The notes: generated by a model from the sequence alone, not told the origin. DNA of 64,000 nt from Macrostomum lignano (GCA_002269645.1 NIVC01001190.1:62001-126000), one strand, 5' to 3'; counted from the stretch's first letter, positions 40,527 through 53,978 are shown. Numbers and translations: made by a program.

Positions 40527-43500
40527 TTAGAGGACATAAAAGAGTTCGTGCCGCTTATAACTGTTCTTATCGTCGTCTGGTACGCTGGGATAGCCGCTGA
40601 CCAAACAGCCGGGATTGCCAATGTATACTGTGTTGTACACCTTCCACATCATGTCGCGCACCTTTCTAGCCGGATGGAATAGGCCAGCCAGGCAGTACTG
40701 CAGCACCCGGGTGTGGCCCAGGCTGACCCGGCAGCCTTCAACAACAGACATGAATGCTTGCACAACGTGCGGCGATGTTTCAAACACGTTTGGCCAGGCA
40801 AAATTAAGCAGGTGAGTGAGCGCGTCCTCGCAGCCGAAACCGTACACACTCAGAGCCATGTGGCTGATGGTGAACATGGCCGTCTGCCTGTGCACGAGGT
40901 CCCTGTCCATCAGGGCGTCCTCCAGCAGAAGGACCACCGCGTAAACGTAGTCCTTGCCCATCTCGCCGATGTATTCAAACATGAATGAAAGCGATTTCAG
41001 TACACCGTTTTGAACGTTAAGCTCAGGTACGCGGTACTCGTTCATTAGGCCAGGCAATACGGTAAACGGCGAGCAGTTCTCAGCGACAATAGCGATGGCC
41101 ACTGTTGTGCAGACACGGTTCTGGCGTTCTTGCACCTGCGGATGGGTTGGATAGAGGTTGAAACAGCGATTCTTTGATTCTGTTTTAAGACGAGATTTAA
41201 AGATGGCGATTCTCAACTACTCAGAAAAAAGCCTTTTAGGACCATATTTTATCAACTTACTACTTATTGAGTAGCTAGAAGACAACAAAAAACGGTGATA
41301 CTCCAAGAAAATAAAACTTTATGGTATGATTTAACATATATTAGCTACAGGAATTGAGTAGTCGTAGGCCTCGAGCTACATAATATTCAAGTACAAAGTG
41401 TATCGTTAAGCAAGCAATATCGGCCTCACCTTGAGATTATTGAGCAGAGTTGCCAGCACATCATGCGGACCAATAGCTTTGGCAATGTAGCCGAACGTGT
41501 TAACTGTGGCCCGTCTGATACTCTTCTTGTGCGCCTTGAGCAATTCGAGCAGCTCGAAGCAGATGCGCATCCACTCCTTGACGCTGACGAACTCGGAGCC
41601 GCGGTCGGCGATGCGGCCAACCAGGTCGATGCAGTTCTCCTGCACTTTCTCGTGCCGGTTCTTTAGAATAGGCGTCAGCCTAGGAAGCAGATCTTTGATT
41701 GGCGGCGTCATCTTGTTCATCCCGATGACATTCACGATGGCTTTCAATGCGCCTAGAATCGAGCCTAGGACTTCCGGGTACTCCTCGCCGAGGTACTCGT
41801 ACAGCACAACGCCAAGATGGCCCATCAAGCGCTCCTCCTGGCAGGCTTTCATAACGCCAGCTATGCGGCTAATGAGATCGGCCACCTGTTGGCGCACTTT
41901 GGCCGACTTGTTGTTCAGGCGCCAGAGAATGTTGCCGCAGATCTGGGGCAGGTAGGGCTTCACCCGCTTGCCCAGAGCGTTCACCAGGGTGCCGAAGCCG
42001 TTCAGCATCACAGCGTCCTCGTTTGTCTGCTCCGAGAAGGCGAACATTACGCCATCGATTAGCTGTTCTTCGAGACGCGAGTCAACCTCAGTGGCACCCA
42101 GATTGTTGAGCACCTTCTCAACCGTATCCATGACCATTTTGCGATACTGCTCAGATGGCTCTTTGAGATCGTCCACAATTCGATTGAGAATCTCTGCAGA
42201 ACCAACTTTGTTGGCAATCTCGACTGTGGTGTCCACCAATTGGCGGTAGTTCCGCCTGTCCGACGCCATCTTCTGTGTCCAGAAGTGCTTGAAAAATGAC
42301 GGCAAAATGTCTTTTTTGATGTAAGCCGGCTCAACACCCTCGGTGGAGCAGCACTGTTTCACTACTTTGAGCACAATTTTCTTCATCTCTTCGTCAGGCG
42401 ACTGGAACTCGCGGATTAAGATGAGCATAACCTCGCGAGTATAATAATTGGCGTACTCAGCGTCCATTAAGGGAATGAGGTAGCCAATGGCTTTGAGAAA
42501 AGCGGCCAGACCTTTGCCTCGGTGGGTACGGATGCCTTTCCATAGCGGTTTGAGCACGGTATCAAACGACTCAATGCCGTAGGGCGTGGCGGACTCGGCC
42601 AGAGCTGCCAGAGCCAGAGCGGTGATAGTTCGCACCTTCTGCTGCTCGTCAACCAGGCCCAGTTCGATAATTTCAACTAGAGAGCGCAGATGCGGCAGCA
42701 CAGCGCAGCCCATCAGGATGGCAATCTGTTGCACTATTTTGATACCAGTGTGCCTGGCCTGCCAGCTGCGCTTCGACTTGCACACGGCCTTAAGAAACAA
42801 TAGCAGACTGGGAATGCCTAGCGCTGAGGCCACCACAGCGAAAGCTCTGGCCGTGGTGTTACGCACGTATTCGTCCATGTTCTCCAGATCCGGACGCATT
42901 GTGGTGATCATGGTTGCCAGGCCGGCCGCCTTGGCCAGGTTAGAAATAATCTCGCGGCCTTCTACACGAGCATAATAGTCTTCATCAATGAGCAGCGGCT
43001 CAATCACTACCAGGATTTTGTGGACGAACGGCCGCACCAAATCGTCCAGCTTGTAGAGTACCCGGTCAATCACCTTCACAAGCAGGTGGCGCTCCTGATC
43101 CTCCAGTGTCGGCGACATCAACAGCGGCAGGATCTGATTGAAGAGCGGGCCGGCACCGAACTCTCTGGCCTTCTCGGTGATCTGGCGGAGCGCGGACTTG
43201 CGCATCGGTGGCGTGCCGTTTTTGATTTTAACAGCAGAGTCATAATGCGACGCTCCCGCAGCTCATCGGCCGACAGGCTGTCCTCGTCAACATCGGTGAG
43301 CAGCTTGTCGAAGTACTGCATATCGTCGGGCTTCAGCATTGGCAGATTGGTGCCTTTAGGCTGCATATCCGACAAGGCTGTGCCTGTCGACGTCCGAACA
43401 TCCGGCGTGGCCATCTTGAAGCCGCCGGGCGTCGCCAGCGGAGTCGGCGTTGCAGTCAAACGACGCGGCGTTCGCAGCGGCACATAGCCGGCCGGCGGAG

Positions 43501-44136
43501 CCAGTACCTTGTAGCCTTCGGGCAGCATGGCGTCCAGGTCTTCATCAGACAGCGGCCGGTTGCGGTCATCCAGCTCCTTCGCCGCCATGACCCCGGAGCA
43601 GATGCAGATATTATCCGCGCAGGTTGCAACTGCTGCACTGGGCGTGGCCATCTTCATTGCCTTCACGCCCATCGGAGTCACCCCGCTCGGGGTCATGACC
43701 CCGCCAGGTGTAAAACCGCTCGGCGTGGCCGACGCCGGCGTTGCGACGCTCGGCGTTGCGTCGGCGACATTTGACGGCGTCTCGTCCCAACGCGAGCGCC
43801 GCTTGCCAGCCTGCGGCGTCTCCTGAATCAGGTCGGCGGCGGTCCGGTCCGCGCGCGGCGTCTCGCCCCAGCCACCGGGAGTCGCTTCGTCCCATCGATT
43901 TCGCCGGCCCATCGGTGTTGTAGCCGACGGCGTGGCGTCGAAGTGGCCCGGCGTTTCACCCCGAGTTGACATATGTACGGGCGTCTCCGCCCACTGCCGA
44001 TTGTTAATTAGCCCCGGTGCCGGCGTGGCGTCGCCACCGCTGATGCGGCCGGGCGTCTCCACCCACTGGCGCACGCTGGCTGACGGGGTGGCGGCGCCGC
44101 TGGCCGATGGGGTGCTGGCATCACCTCGAAGCCGGT
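40527..44136 (-). CDS. SF3B1: Splicing factor 3B subunit 1, 3' exons 44136-41430 and 41135-40527; 1-nt frameshift at ~43226; 5' exons not seen
   Basis: RWDETP ULM motifs; [15 protein letters not shown]; HEAT repeats ([28 protein letters not shown]); LK|VQERQNR phase-0 intron 41136-41429; C-terminal RHELFYVL*. Confidence 0.97.
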
Positions 44137-44219
44137 CTGGAAGAATTACATGTTAGCATTTATGTCATTTATCTGACATGAGCTTAATATCTTATGATCA
44201 AACTTTAGTGTAAAAAGTG

Positions 44220-44480
44220 CCACCTAGCAACCAGTCCAGGCACCTAGAAACCAATCCCTGAACACCTAGCAACGACCTCAGACACCTAACAACCAAACCT
44301 ATAAACACCCTAGTAACCACCAATCCTATAAACACCCTAGCAACCACCGCAGGCACCTAACAACTAAACCCAGAAACTAGGGGTCGGACGGGATCCCGAT
44401 CCCGATCCCAGAAACATGGGATCCCGAGGGGTTGTCGGGATCCCAATCCCGATGATGATACATATCGGGATCATTGGGAT
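44220..44480. repeat. ~20-bp CACCTAGCAACC degenerate repeats followed by a hAT-like end (TAGGGGTCGGACGGGATCCCG with GGGATCCC subterminal repeats)
   Basis: Read directly; no partner TIR found. Confidence 0.45.
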
Positions 44481-45186
44481 TACATTTTAAGTTTTTTTCT
44501 TGTAGAGCAACACATTTTTTACCAAATACATATATATCAAAGTAAATAATAGCAGTCTTGTCATTTAGTCGATCAATTTTAATTATTTCATATGCAAAAA
44601 ATTGTTAATTATGATATGCAAAAGATTGTATTTTTTAGAAGATCGTTAATTACGACAATATGCATCATAAGTTTCAACGACTGTAACAAGATCAACAATT
44701 TTGGTAAGTCTTAGTTTTTTTGCAAGAATTTTTTATTCAAATGCTTATATATAATGTAAAAATCATTGAATGATTCACTCAAATGGTAGTATATTTTTAA
44801 CGTGCAATATTTGAATACTGAGTGAAAAAATGTGTTTTCCTTTACCTTTGATGCTTTAGCTATTTATTGGATTGATATACTTTTACAATGTATGATATGA
44901 ATGTAACAATCCAAATTTTTTGCTGCATTGAGTTACTTCTTTCTTGGTAGATTAAATGACTATACATTTCTAGCCATTTGTACATGTAGTCATTTTGCTT
45001 CTAGCTCCAAATAATTACTACGTGTGCAAGTAAAAAAAACAGTAACACATGTACATGTATTATTGATACAAGCAGATGATAATAAGATATAATCATATGA
45101 ATTCTCTTCTACACATTGTGCATAAGGAACCCTGACTGAATCCTTAACTAACAATGGACAAACTAACAACAGTCCAATCCAATCAA

Positions 45187-45695
45187 GGGTAGCCTGGGAG
45201 GGGTAGCCTGGGAGGGCTGTCTGGGAGGGGTAGCCTGGGAGGGCTGCCTGGGAAGGGTAGCCTGGGAGGGATGCCTGGGAGGGGTGGGCTGGAGGGGCCT
45301 AGCCTGGGAAGGGTAGCTAGGAGGGCTGCCTAGGAAGGTAGCTGGGAGGGGTAGCTGGGTGCGCCTGGGAGGGGTAGGCTGGGAGGGCTAGGCCGGGAAG
45401 GTAGCTGGTAGGGCTGCCTGGAAGGTAGGCTGGGAGGGGTAGGCTGGGAGGGGTAGGCTAGGAGGGCTGCTTAGGAAGGGTAGGCTGGGAGGGGTAGGCT
45501 GGGAGCGTTGCCTGGGAGGGGTAGGATAAGAGGGCTGCCTAGGAAGGGTAGCCTGGGAGGACTGCCTAGGAGGGGTAGCCTGGGAAGGCTGCCTGGAAGG
45601 GTAGCCTGGGAGGGGTAGCCTGGGAGGGCTGCCTGGGAGGGCTGCCTAGAAGGGTAGCCTGGGAAGGGTAGCCTGGGAGGGCTGCCTGGGAAGGC
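45187..45695. repeat. 13-15-bp G-rich tandem repeat (GGGTAGCCTGGGAG / GGCTGCCTGGGAG)n
   Basis: Read directly; a related stretch occurs inverted at ~49650-49750 and in the other triplicate copies. Confidence 0.9.
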
Positions 45696-48504
45696 TTATA
45701 CCAAAAATATATTTTTTAAATGCTTATAATATGGTATACTAGAATTAGAAATAGAAATTTTTAATATAGGCCCTACAAGTATTTTACTAGGCCTAGCACT
45801 AGCAGTAGCACTAATATAAATAACAAAAACTTTTTATAGCCTAAAGTAGCTACTTAGCTATATGAGCTATATGTCCATATAATATATAATACTTGATTAG
45901 ACCTAGGCCTAGTCCTGCCTTTACATGGCTACAATAAAAACCTAAAAACCTAAGACTAGTCATAGGCCTAGCATATGCTATATATAGGCCTAGGGCTAGG
46001 CTCTATAGTATAAATTTCAACCAAGATAGCAAGAAGCCCAGATATAGATTAAAAAGAACTTATCAACTTATCTAGTCATTAATAACCTATAATAGCCTAT
46101 CCTAGCCTTTTAAATAAAGATAATATATCCCTGTCATTCTAAAGTAGACCAGAAAAGGTCAATTGGCCAATATACTATACAGTGCAATTCAATTCCAACA
46201 ATAAAATAGGCCTAGTTGCTTGATATCAAAACTAGCTTTTTGAGCTAGGCCTATTAGTCAATTAGTCTAGTTGTATTTAAGCCTAGTAAAGATTAACTAC
46301 TGGCTTGTTAGTGGTTAACAATAATGAAATGGCTTTGTATTAAACTGTAACGACTCGTGTACTTAACCTTACCCTATCCTAAAACTATATAGTCCAGGCC
46401 CCTAGCTCATTTTAAATTGACGGCAATTTTATTAGCCAATTAAATATTAGTTGGCTTTAGTAGGCCTTGTGAACATGATCTTTGAACACAGAACTTGTTC
46501 GCAACATGCTTAAAGGCAATCAGCGATCATGTTCAATTTGGCTTTATAAAGCTGCGTATCCTGTCAACACGGGTGTTAATTCTTTAAAAAAATGTATTAA
46601 ATACAACGTAAAATAAAGCCAGAAATACATGCAGCGCTACACCGTGTTTTCCGAGGATAGAATGGCCTCACGAGTGGGACACGGCTGAGTTAATACATAA
46701 AAAATTTAACAAAAATTTAACGATTTTTAAAAAATTTAACTAGTTAATTAACTAGTTAAACAAATAACTAGTTAACGCCCAGCACTGACTATATTCATTA
46801 TGATGACAATATCTGAATAGCAATAGCCTAGGTGCTAGGCCTAGGCCTATATTAGGTCTATATGCAATTATGACATTGTCCATATTTAATTCATTAATAA
46901 ACTATATCTTAAACAGACCCACATATTATTCTCTCCTTAATAGAAATAAAGGTTTCTCTTCTATTAAGCAAATCGACTGCAAAAGATTAACTAGGTGTCT
47001 TTGTCTAGGCCTATATGATGCTCAACAATCCAAAGGCAAAATCCTCTCAAGAATCCTTAGTCAGCCAGCCAATTAATTGTCCTAGAATAAGCGCATTTAA
47101 ATTAGCGCTTTATTCCCAGCCCTATGTAAAAGTACCATATATGTTCCGCATTGAAAGCGGTAAACTACCCGTAAAGCTACGACTATACGCGTAGGCTGTG
47201 GCTTTGTAAGCCACGATGCGCACGTAGTTTACCGCTTTATCGTTGTGACACGGGTGATACTAAAAATGAACCTCGTTAGTTGACCGACTTTTCGCAAATT
47301 CATACTGTTAACGATTTTTCACAAACTAAGGCAACAGGGATGATTCTTTTCAATAAAAATAATAATTTCTCATTTAATGTAACTGTTTTTTGCGCTAACT
47401 CTTTTGAATTTCAAAGTTTATAGGAGAAAAAATGAATTATTGATGAGTGTGTCTTTTCCGGAATACGAAAAAAACCTTTACGAAAAAAACAGAAAACTAA
47501 ATTTAAAAAACCGGGCTTAACCTTTTCAAGAAAGTAAAAGTAAAACAAAATTAGTTAAAATGAACTAGTTCTCTACAGTTTAGTAAAAAGATTTTCAGTT
47601 TTAACACATCGGTTGATCAAATATTAAAATTTTGCAAGCTTTTAATATTAGTTGTAGTTTGTAATTTCTATTTTGGCGTATTTTTGTATGCGATAAAAAG
47701 TTCGTTGGCGTACATTGGCGTGCATGAGCTACGGAAGCAATTTTCGTTCCGGCGTACAGCGGTACACGATCGTGACCATGGTAGTATAGGGCCTAATTCT
47801 ATCTAGCCTATGATAGAACTCTATAGCTTTAAGGACTTAATTTTAATGTAGGCCTATTAAGTTTTTAATCCATTTTACACAAAATTGACTATTTGATTTG
47901 ATATCAAACCTATTTTTTATTTAAGCCCTAGGCCTAGCCAAAATAAATCATTGCTAAATAGAATTGAAATTTAAAATTAAATATACTAGCCTACCAAAAT
48001 TTATATATACCAAGTTATATATAGTGCTAGGCCTAGGGCTAAAGAAAAGTTTAACCCTAATAATACTATTTATTATACTAATGAATTAGTGAGTAAACTT
48101 GAAGCCTACCTACTAGGCCTAGGCCTAATATAAATAATTAAGCATATAAGCAAATATTAGAGATTTAGTATATTTGGTTTGGATTAATATATTCTAATTA
48201 GGTCTATATTTGATTCAAAATAGCTAAGCCTACCTAAGCTTTAGCCTAGGCTAAAGATAAAAGCATTAATTTAGCCTTTTTATTGGATTAAAATATGTTT
48301 AGTTAGCATGCTTTGGTGTAACCCTTTTTTCATCTTTCTATATCCTCTTTTCTTATTCTCTTATCCTTGTTATCCTTATACTCTTTTCTACCCTTTTTAC
48401 CCTCCCCTCACCTTTTGATCCTATCCTCTTCAACCTATCTCTACCCTCTTCTACTAGGTTCTACCCTTGTTTATAGCTTTACATTTATTTGTGGCTTCAT
48501 TCTC

Positions 48505-49500
48505 TTAGCCCTAGCCCCAGCTTAGCCCTAGCTTGAGATCAAGCCCCAGCTCAAGCTCTAGCCACACCACAGCCCTAGCAGCCAGCTCTAGCTTAAGCTC
48601 AAGCACTAGCCCAGCCCCAGCACTATCCCACTCTATCCCAGCCCCTAATCTAGCCCTAACCTTAGCCCTAGCCCTAGTTCCTCCCCTAGCCCTGGCCTTA
48701 GCCTTAGTGCTTGTTATCCCTGCCCCAGCTCTGGCCCTATCACTATCCTGCCCCAGCCCTAGCCCCAGCCCTAGAACCAGCCCTAGCCCCAGCCCTAGCC
48801 CCAGCCTTTGCCCTTGCCCTAGCCTTAGCCCAAGCCCAAGCCCCAGACTTAGCCCCAGCCCCAGCCTTTGCCCTAGCCCAAGCCCTTGCCCTAGCCTTAG
48901 CCCAAGCCCAAGCCCTAGCCCTAGCCCTTGCCCTAGCCTTAGCCCAAGCCCAAGCCCCAGCCTTAGCCCCAGCCCCAGCCTTTGCCCTAGCCTTAGCCCA
49001 AGCCCTTGCCCTAGCCTTAGCCCAAGCCCAAGCCCTAGCCCTAGCCTAGCCCTTGCCCCTGCCCTAGCCCCTGCCCTAGCCCTAGCCCCAGCCCTTGCCC
49101 TAGCCTTAGCCCAAGCCTTAGCCCAAGCCCTAGCCCTTGCCCGAGCCCTTGCCCTAGCCTTAGCCTAAGCCCTTGCCCCTGCCCCTGCCCCTGCATCTGC
49201 CCTAGCCCCAGCCCCTGCCCTTGCCCTAGCCCTAGCCCTAGCCCCAGCCCCTGCCCTTGCCCTAGCCCTAGCCCCAGCCCTACCCCACCCAAGCCCTACC
49301 CCACCCCAGCGTCAGCCCTACCCCACCCCATCGCCAGCCCTACCCCACCCTAGCGCCAGCCCTACCCCACTCCAGCCCCAGCCCTACCCCACTCCAGCCC
49401 CAGCCCTACCCCACCCCAGTGCCAGCCCTACCCCATCTCAGCGCCAGCCCTACCCCATCTCAGCGCCAGCCCTACCCCATCCCAGTCTTGGCCCTAGACC
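48505..49500. repeat. Degenerate C-rich hexamer array (GCCCTA/GCCCCA/GCCTTA/GCCCAA)n; G-rich mirrors at 57600-58560 and 63420-64000
   Basis: Read directly. Confidence 0.92.
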
Positions 49501-51099
49501 CCCAGATCTGGCCCTTTCACTATCCTAGCCCTAACCCCAGCAGAATTCTACTTCTTTAACTCCTGCACCCCTGCACTCCCTACACCCCGTGCACTCCACA
49601 TGTGCTGTTTGTATTTTTATGAATACTTTTTTTGTTGCTTTAATCATTAATTCCTCCCAGGCAGTCCTTCTAGGCTATCTTTCCTAGGCAGCCCCCAGGC
49701 AAACCTTTCAAGGCAGCTTTCCCAGGCAAACCCTCCCAGACAGCCCCCCTACCCTCCTCTACTTTTCTATCCTCTCCTTACTCTTCTCTACCCTTTATCC
49801 TCCTACTCTCCTCTACTATCCTACACACCTCTATCCTTCTCTACCCTCTACCCCTTCTCTACCCTCTTCTACCAGCTCCTCCCCTCCTCTGCAGCTATAC
49901 CCTTGTCTATGGCTTTACCCTCCGTTGCCAGCCTCACCCCCTACTCTCCTCTACCAGCTCCTACCCTTCTCTGCCCTTCTACCATTTCCTACCCTCCTAC
50001 CTTCTACTCTCCCCTGCCCTGCTCTACCCTTCGACACTTTCCCTTCTCTCTTCTACCAGCTCCTACCCTCCTCTACCAACTATTACCCTCCTAGCCTCCG
50101 CCATCAGCTCCTACCCTCCTATAACAGGAGGAATAACAGGATAATGAACCTAGATTAGATTCTATCTACTATACTAGGTTAGTAGCCTATCCTACCTACT
50201 AGGCTAGTAAATATAATACCTATCATTCTACCGTCTAGACTTATAGGTGCTAATCTACTTTATAGTCTGTTAGGCTTCGCGGGTCAACCTGCCAGTCTTC
50301 TAGGTACTAATCCACTCTATCTACCTGACTAGTAGTTGCTAAACAACTCTGTACCCTACAAGGCTAGTAGTCCTAATATACCTATCTACGAGCTCGTACT
50401 AGGCAAGTTGTGCTAAACTGCCCTACCTTATATGCTAATAGTTGCTCAAATATTCCTTTTAGAAGCTTCTGAGTAGTTGAAGTCAGTTTGCTTAAGGTCT
50501 TTCACTCTCCCTTTTTCTCTTTGCTATTCTCCCCTAGCCTTGATATTCTTCTCCTTACCCATCCTTGCTATTCTCTTACCTTCCTTCTATTCCTGTTTTT
50601 TCTTTTATATTCCCTGCTGAACTTCCCCTCCTCCTCTATCCTTTTCATTCCCTTCCTCCTCTATCCTTGTTGCTATTTCCCTTCTCCATTCTCCTTGTCC
50701 CCCATTCTCCTTGCTATTCCTCTTTGCTTTGCTCCTTTTTCTCCCCTTCAGACCCAGCCCTTTCCTCCCCTTCAGACCTGACCCTCTCCTCCATTCAGTA
50801 CCCACCCTCTCCTCCCCTTCAGATTCCACCCTCTCCTCCCCTACAGATCCCACCCTCTCTTCCCCTTCAAACCCTCTTCTCCCCTTTAGACCCCAGCCTC
50901 TTCTCCCCTTCAGACCCCCCCCCTTTTCTTCTTTCCAGCCTCACCTCGTAGCTCTGCTAATTAAACTTTAACTATTCTTTTCAGAAGTGAAGAAGAATTT
51001 ATCTCCTTCCTCTTTTCAGAATATCCTCGCATCGGTCTTGTGGTCATTCTACGTGCCGTAGCGACTGGTCGCAGCAACCATAACTCTCTACCGCCGCCG

Positions 51100-51760
51100 T
51101 AATGGCACCTGACGTACTGTCCAACCTGTTCAACACGACCTCAGGGTGCTGCAGAGCGACACACTTGCGGCCTACCTTTTCGTTTTGGTGCTCGATGGGG
51201 TGCTACGGAGGGCCCTGCCAACATATGAGGACGGCTTCCTACTGTGGCTGCAAACAAACAGCCGCCATCTGGAGTCGGCGTAACCCAGGAGCTGTTTGCC
51301 TCTACGGCTGAGGGAGCCCAGCGCATGCTAGACAGCCTGGTGGCAGCTGCGGCATCGGTCGGGCTAGCGGTGAACATCGAGAAGAGGCAGGTGATGTGTA
51401 CCTGCGGAGCTGCCTATCAAAATCACCTGCTGGGACGCCTGACGATCGTGCATTGGCTCTACCTCGCTGCACGCGCTTCACGTACCTCGGCAGTCTTGTG
51501 CCCAGTGTCCAGGAGGACTTGGCGCGACGCAGGGGCCTGGCCTGGGTTGCCTTCCGCTCTATCCGAGTTGTCCTGTAGGACGCCGCGCTGCCAGACTGCT
51601 GCGACGACCTAGCGAGACCCTCCGCAGGCAAAGACTTCAACTGGCGGGCCACACCATTCGGCGGAGGCTTACTGTTCTCAACCAGTGCAGGACGTCCTGC
51701 TACTCACGATGCAGGGCCCCTGGCCCCGAGGCTACGGCCGGGCGAGCCGCTACGCGGATT
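51100..51760 (+). mobile_element. RTE-clade RT fragment in copy A (also at 55340-56000 minus and 61160-61815 minus)
   Basis: TTSGVLQSDTLAAYLFVLVLDGVL; AQRMLDSLVAAAASVGLAVNIEK; FTYLGSLVPSVQEDLARRRGLAWVAFRS. Related to 14725-15230. Confidence 0.8.
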
Positions 51761-52933
51761 GCTTGCTAGATGACGCTGGGGTGATCGGCTAGGAATTCTG
51801 TTGCCGCCTTCAGAGAGCTCGCACCGAGAAAACTGATCTGACACCGCCTCCATTGTGAACTGTACTCTGTTGAGTCCCCGGCGGTTTGCCTTGTTGTTGT
51901 CTCTTCAGAATAATTTGCCCAGCTGCGAACTGTGATGGTGCATATCGCGTACTCGCGATTCAAAAGTTTATGCTTCTTACTGTTTCACTGATCTAATTCC
52001 AAACCTACCACGCAAACTATTTACTTTTAATTCCGTGTGCTTTTCTTGTGTTTTACTTTTTACCGTTTGGTGTCAATGCTATTTATTGCGTGTAATATTG
52101 TCGCAAAATTAAACTTCGGATGTCAATATTTAGCTACTGCCGCTGTTCTGCATTACAAATACTTCCGCATGTACTGACGTAACATTGCGCCAATAATTTT
52201 ACATTGCGTGGCGTCGAAACCAATCTGCTGTTGAATGCTACTAGCGTAGCTAATGGCCGTTTGAATCTCTTGAAATACATTGAAATGTCATGCTGTAGTA
52301 TTGCTGTTGAAGATCTAAACGAGACTAGCCATACTCCCTACTGATCCATATGCTTCTCAAGCAAGGTATACGGAAAGCAGAATGAGCAGCAAACTTAGTA
52401 TTTGATCTTTGGATCCCTTATAGAACCAAGGGAAGGGATCTAGTCTAGATCTAACATTTAAATAAAAATTCTTGATATAATGGAATGCAATAAATGCCTA
52501 CCGGAGTAATTTTTTAACTTCCACTTTCCCCGAGTTTGACCACTTTCTCTGCTACAGGCTTAAGCTAAACCAACGCAAAATACGAGCCTGAATAAAAAAC
52601 TACTCACTCCACAACCTTAACCTTAATATTTCTTTCTGCCACTGCTGTGTCTTGCAATACTCAAAAATCCTGTGACTTCGCTTCACAGATATTGCTTGAG
52701 AAACATATGCCGTCCCATTTGAATTGGCGCAAGTCTCTTTTACATCGTCAAAAGCAATATGTCTGGTGCCAATTATATTTGTGCCGATCAAACTTCCTAG
52801 AGAATGATTTGTTGATAACTACATGTCCCTGTCTTGAAGCTTGCACGCTGTCTTTAACCATTATTTTGTCGGTGTACAACGTGGAACCGATCAGACAAGT
52901 TGGTCGTAAATTCCCTAAAATCCTGGATAGGGG

Positions 52934-53548
52934 CTGAGCTGTTGGGGAAGAGCTAGGCGGCAAGCAGCGGAGCTGTTGGGGGAGCCGCGGTAGGCAGCGG
53001 AGCTGTTGGGGGAGCCGCGGTAGGCAGCGGAGCTGTTGGGGGAGAGCGGTAGGCAGCGGAAATGTTGGGGGAGCCGCGGTAGGCAGCGGAGCTGTTGGGG
53101 AGCCGCGGTAGGCAGCGGAGCTGTTGGGGAGAGGCGGCAAGCAGCGGAGCTGTTGGGGAGCCGCGGTAGGCAGCGGAGCTGCTGGGGGAGAGGCGGCAAG
53201 CAGCGGAGCTGTTGGGGGAGCCGCGGTAGGCAGCGGAGCTGCTGGGGGAGAGGCGGCAAGCAGCGGAGCTGTTGGGGGAGCCGCGGTAGGCAGCGGAGCT
53301 GTTGGGGGAGCCGCGGTAGGCAGCGGAGCTGTTGGGGGAGAGGCGGCAAGCAGCGGAGCTGTTGGGGGAGCCGCGGTAGGCAGCGGAGCTGTTGGGGGAG
53401 CCGCGGTAGGCAGCGGAGCTGTTGGGGGAGCCGCGGTAGGCAGCGGAGCTGTTGGGGGAGAGGCGGCAAGCAGCGGAGCTGTTGGGGGAGCCGCGGTAGG
53501 CAGCGGAGCTGTTGGGGGAGAGGCGGCAATTGCAGTGGAGCTGTTGGG
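52934..53548. repeat. 30-bp GC-rich array with two unit types (GCAGCGGAGCTGTTGGGGGAG + CCGCGGTAG or AGGCGGCAA)
   Basis: Read directly; about 20 units, in the unique spacer between the arms. Confidence 0.95.
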
Positions 53549-53782
53549 TGAAGGAGGAGGTAGCATACATGTAAGTACATGTAGGTTTCTATGCGATCAT
53601 ATTCCACAGAAGTCGCCTTCAAAATTGGATACATGTTCGGCGTTCGAAAAATGAATCCCTCTCAGTGTGCATCCCTCCCTGGTGGTACCAAAGAATACCA
53701 TTTTGTCAATCAAGTTTAGGATTGCCCATTAACCTACAGATAGTAGAAAGCGAAGACAATGAGGAAAGTGAAGCCTTTTGAC

Positions 53783-53978
53783 GGGTCGCTTTCATAAGAC
53801 CGAAATTTTACAACGCCGAAAACTACTGCACGATGCTTTCACAAGACCGAAACTTCATAAGACCGACCGAGACACAACGCTGAAAACTGACCAAGGTCTT
53901 ATGAAGTTTCCGTCTTGTGTAGGGCCCTGCATTTTGAGTTTTTGGCGTTGTGAAATTTCGGTCTTATGAAATCCCCCC
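53783..53978. mobile_element. ~195-bp MITE
   Basis: TIR TTTCATAAGACCGAAATTTTACAACGCC ... GGCGTTGTGAAATTTCGGTCTTATGAAA. Confidence 0.75.

Larger units (their letters stand above)
47782..52600 (+). repeat. Copy A of a 4.8-kb composite unit
   Basis: Reverse complement of 54498-59274. Confidence 0.95.

Noticed and set aside
42150-42165. Second micro-inversion in SF3B1 (KEPSE could flip to KDGSE)
   Set aside because: Only a 4-nt loop between 3-bp repeats, and it does not restore the consensus; chance is likely.
43220-43232. Programmed frameshift in SF3B1
   Set aside because: A 1-nt loss in a homopolymer is more simply a sequencing error or a mutation.
48533-49292. [16 protein letters not shown] ORFs (and their mirrors)
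   Set aside because: Translations of hexamer repeats.
52748-53654. Pro/Ala/Gly-rich ORFs open in several frames
   Set aside because: An artefact of a stop-free 30-bp tandem repeat.
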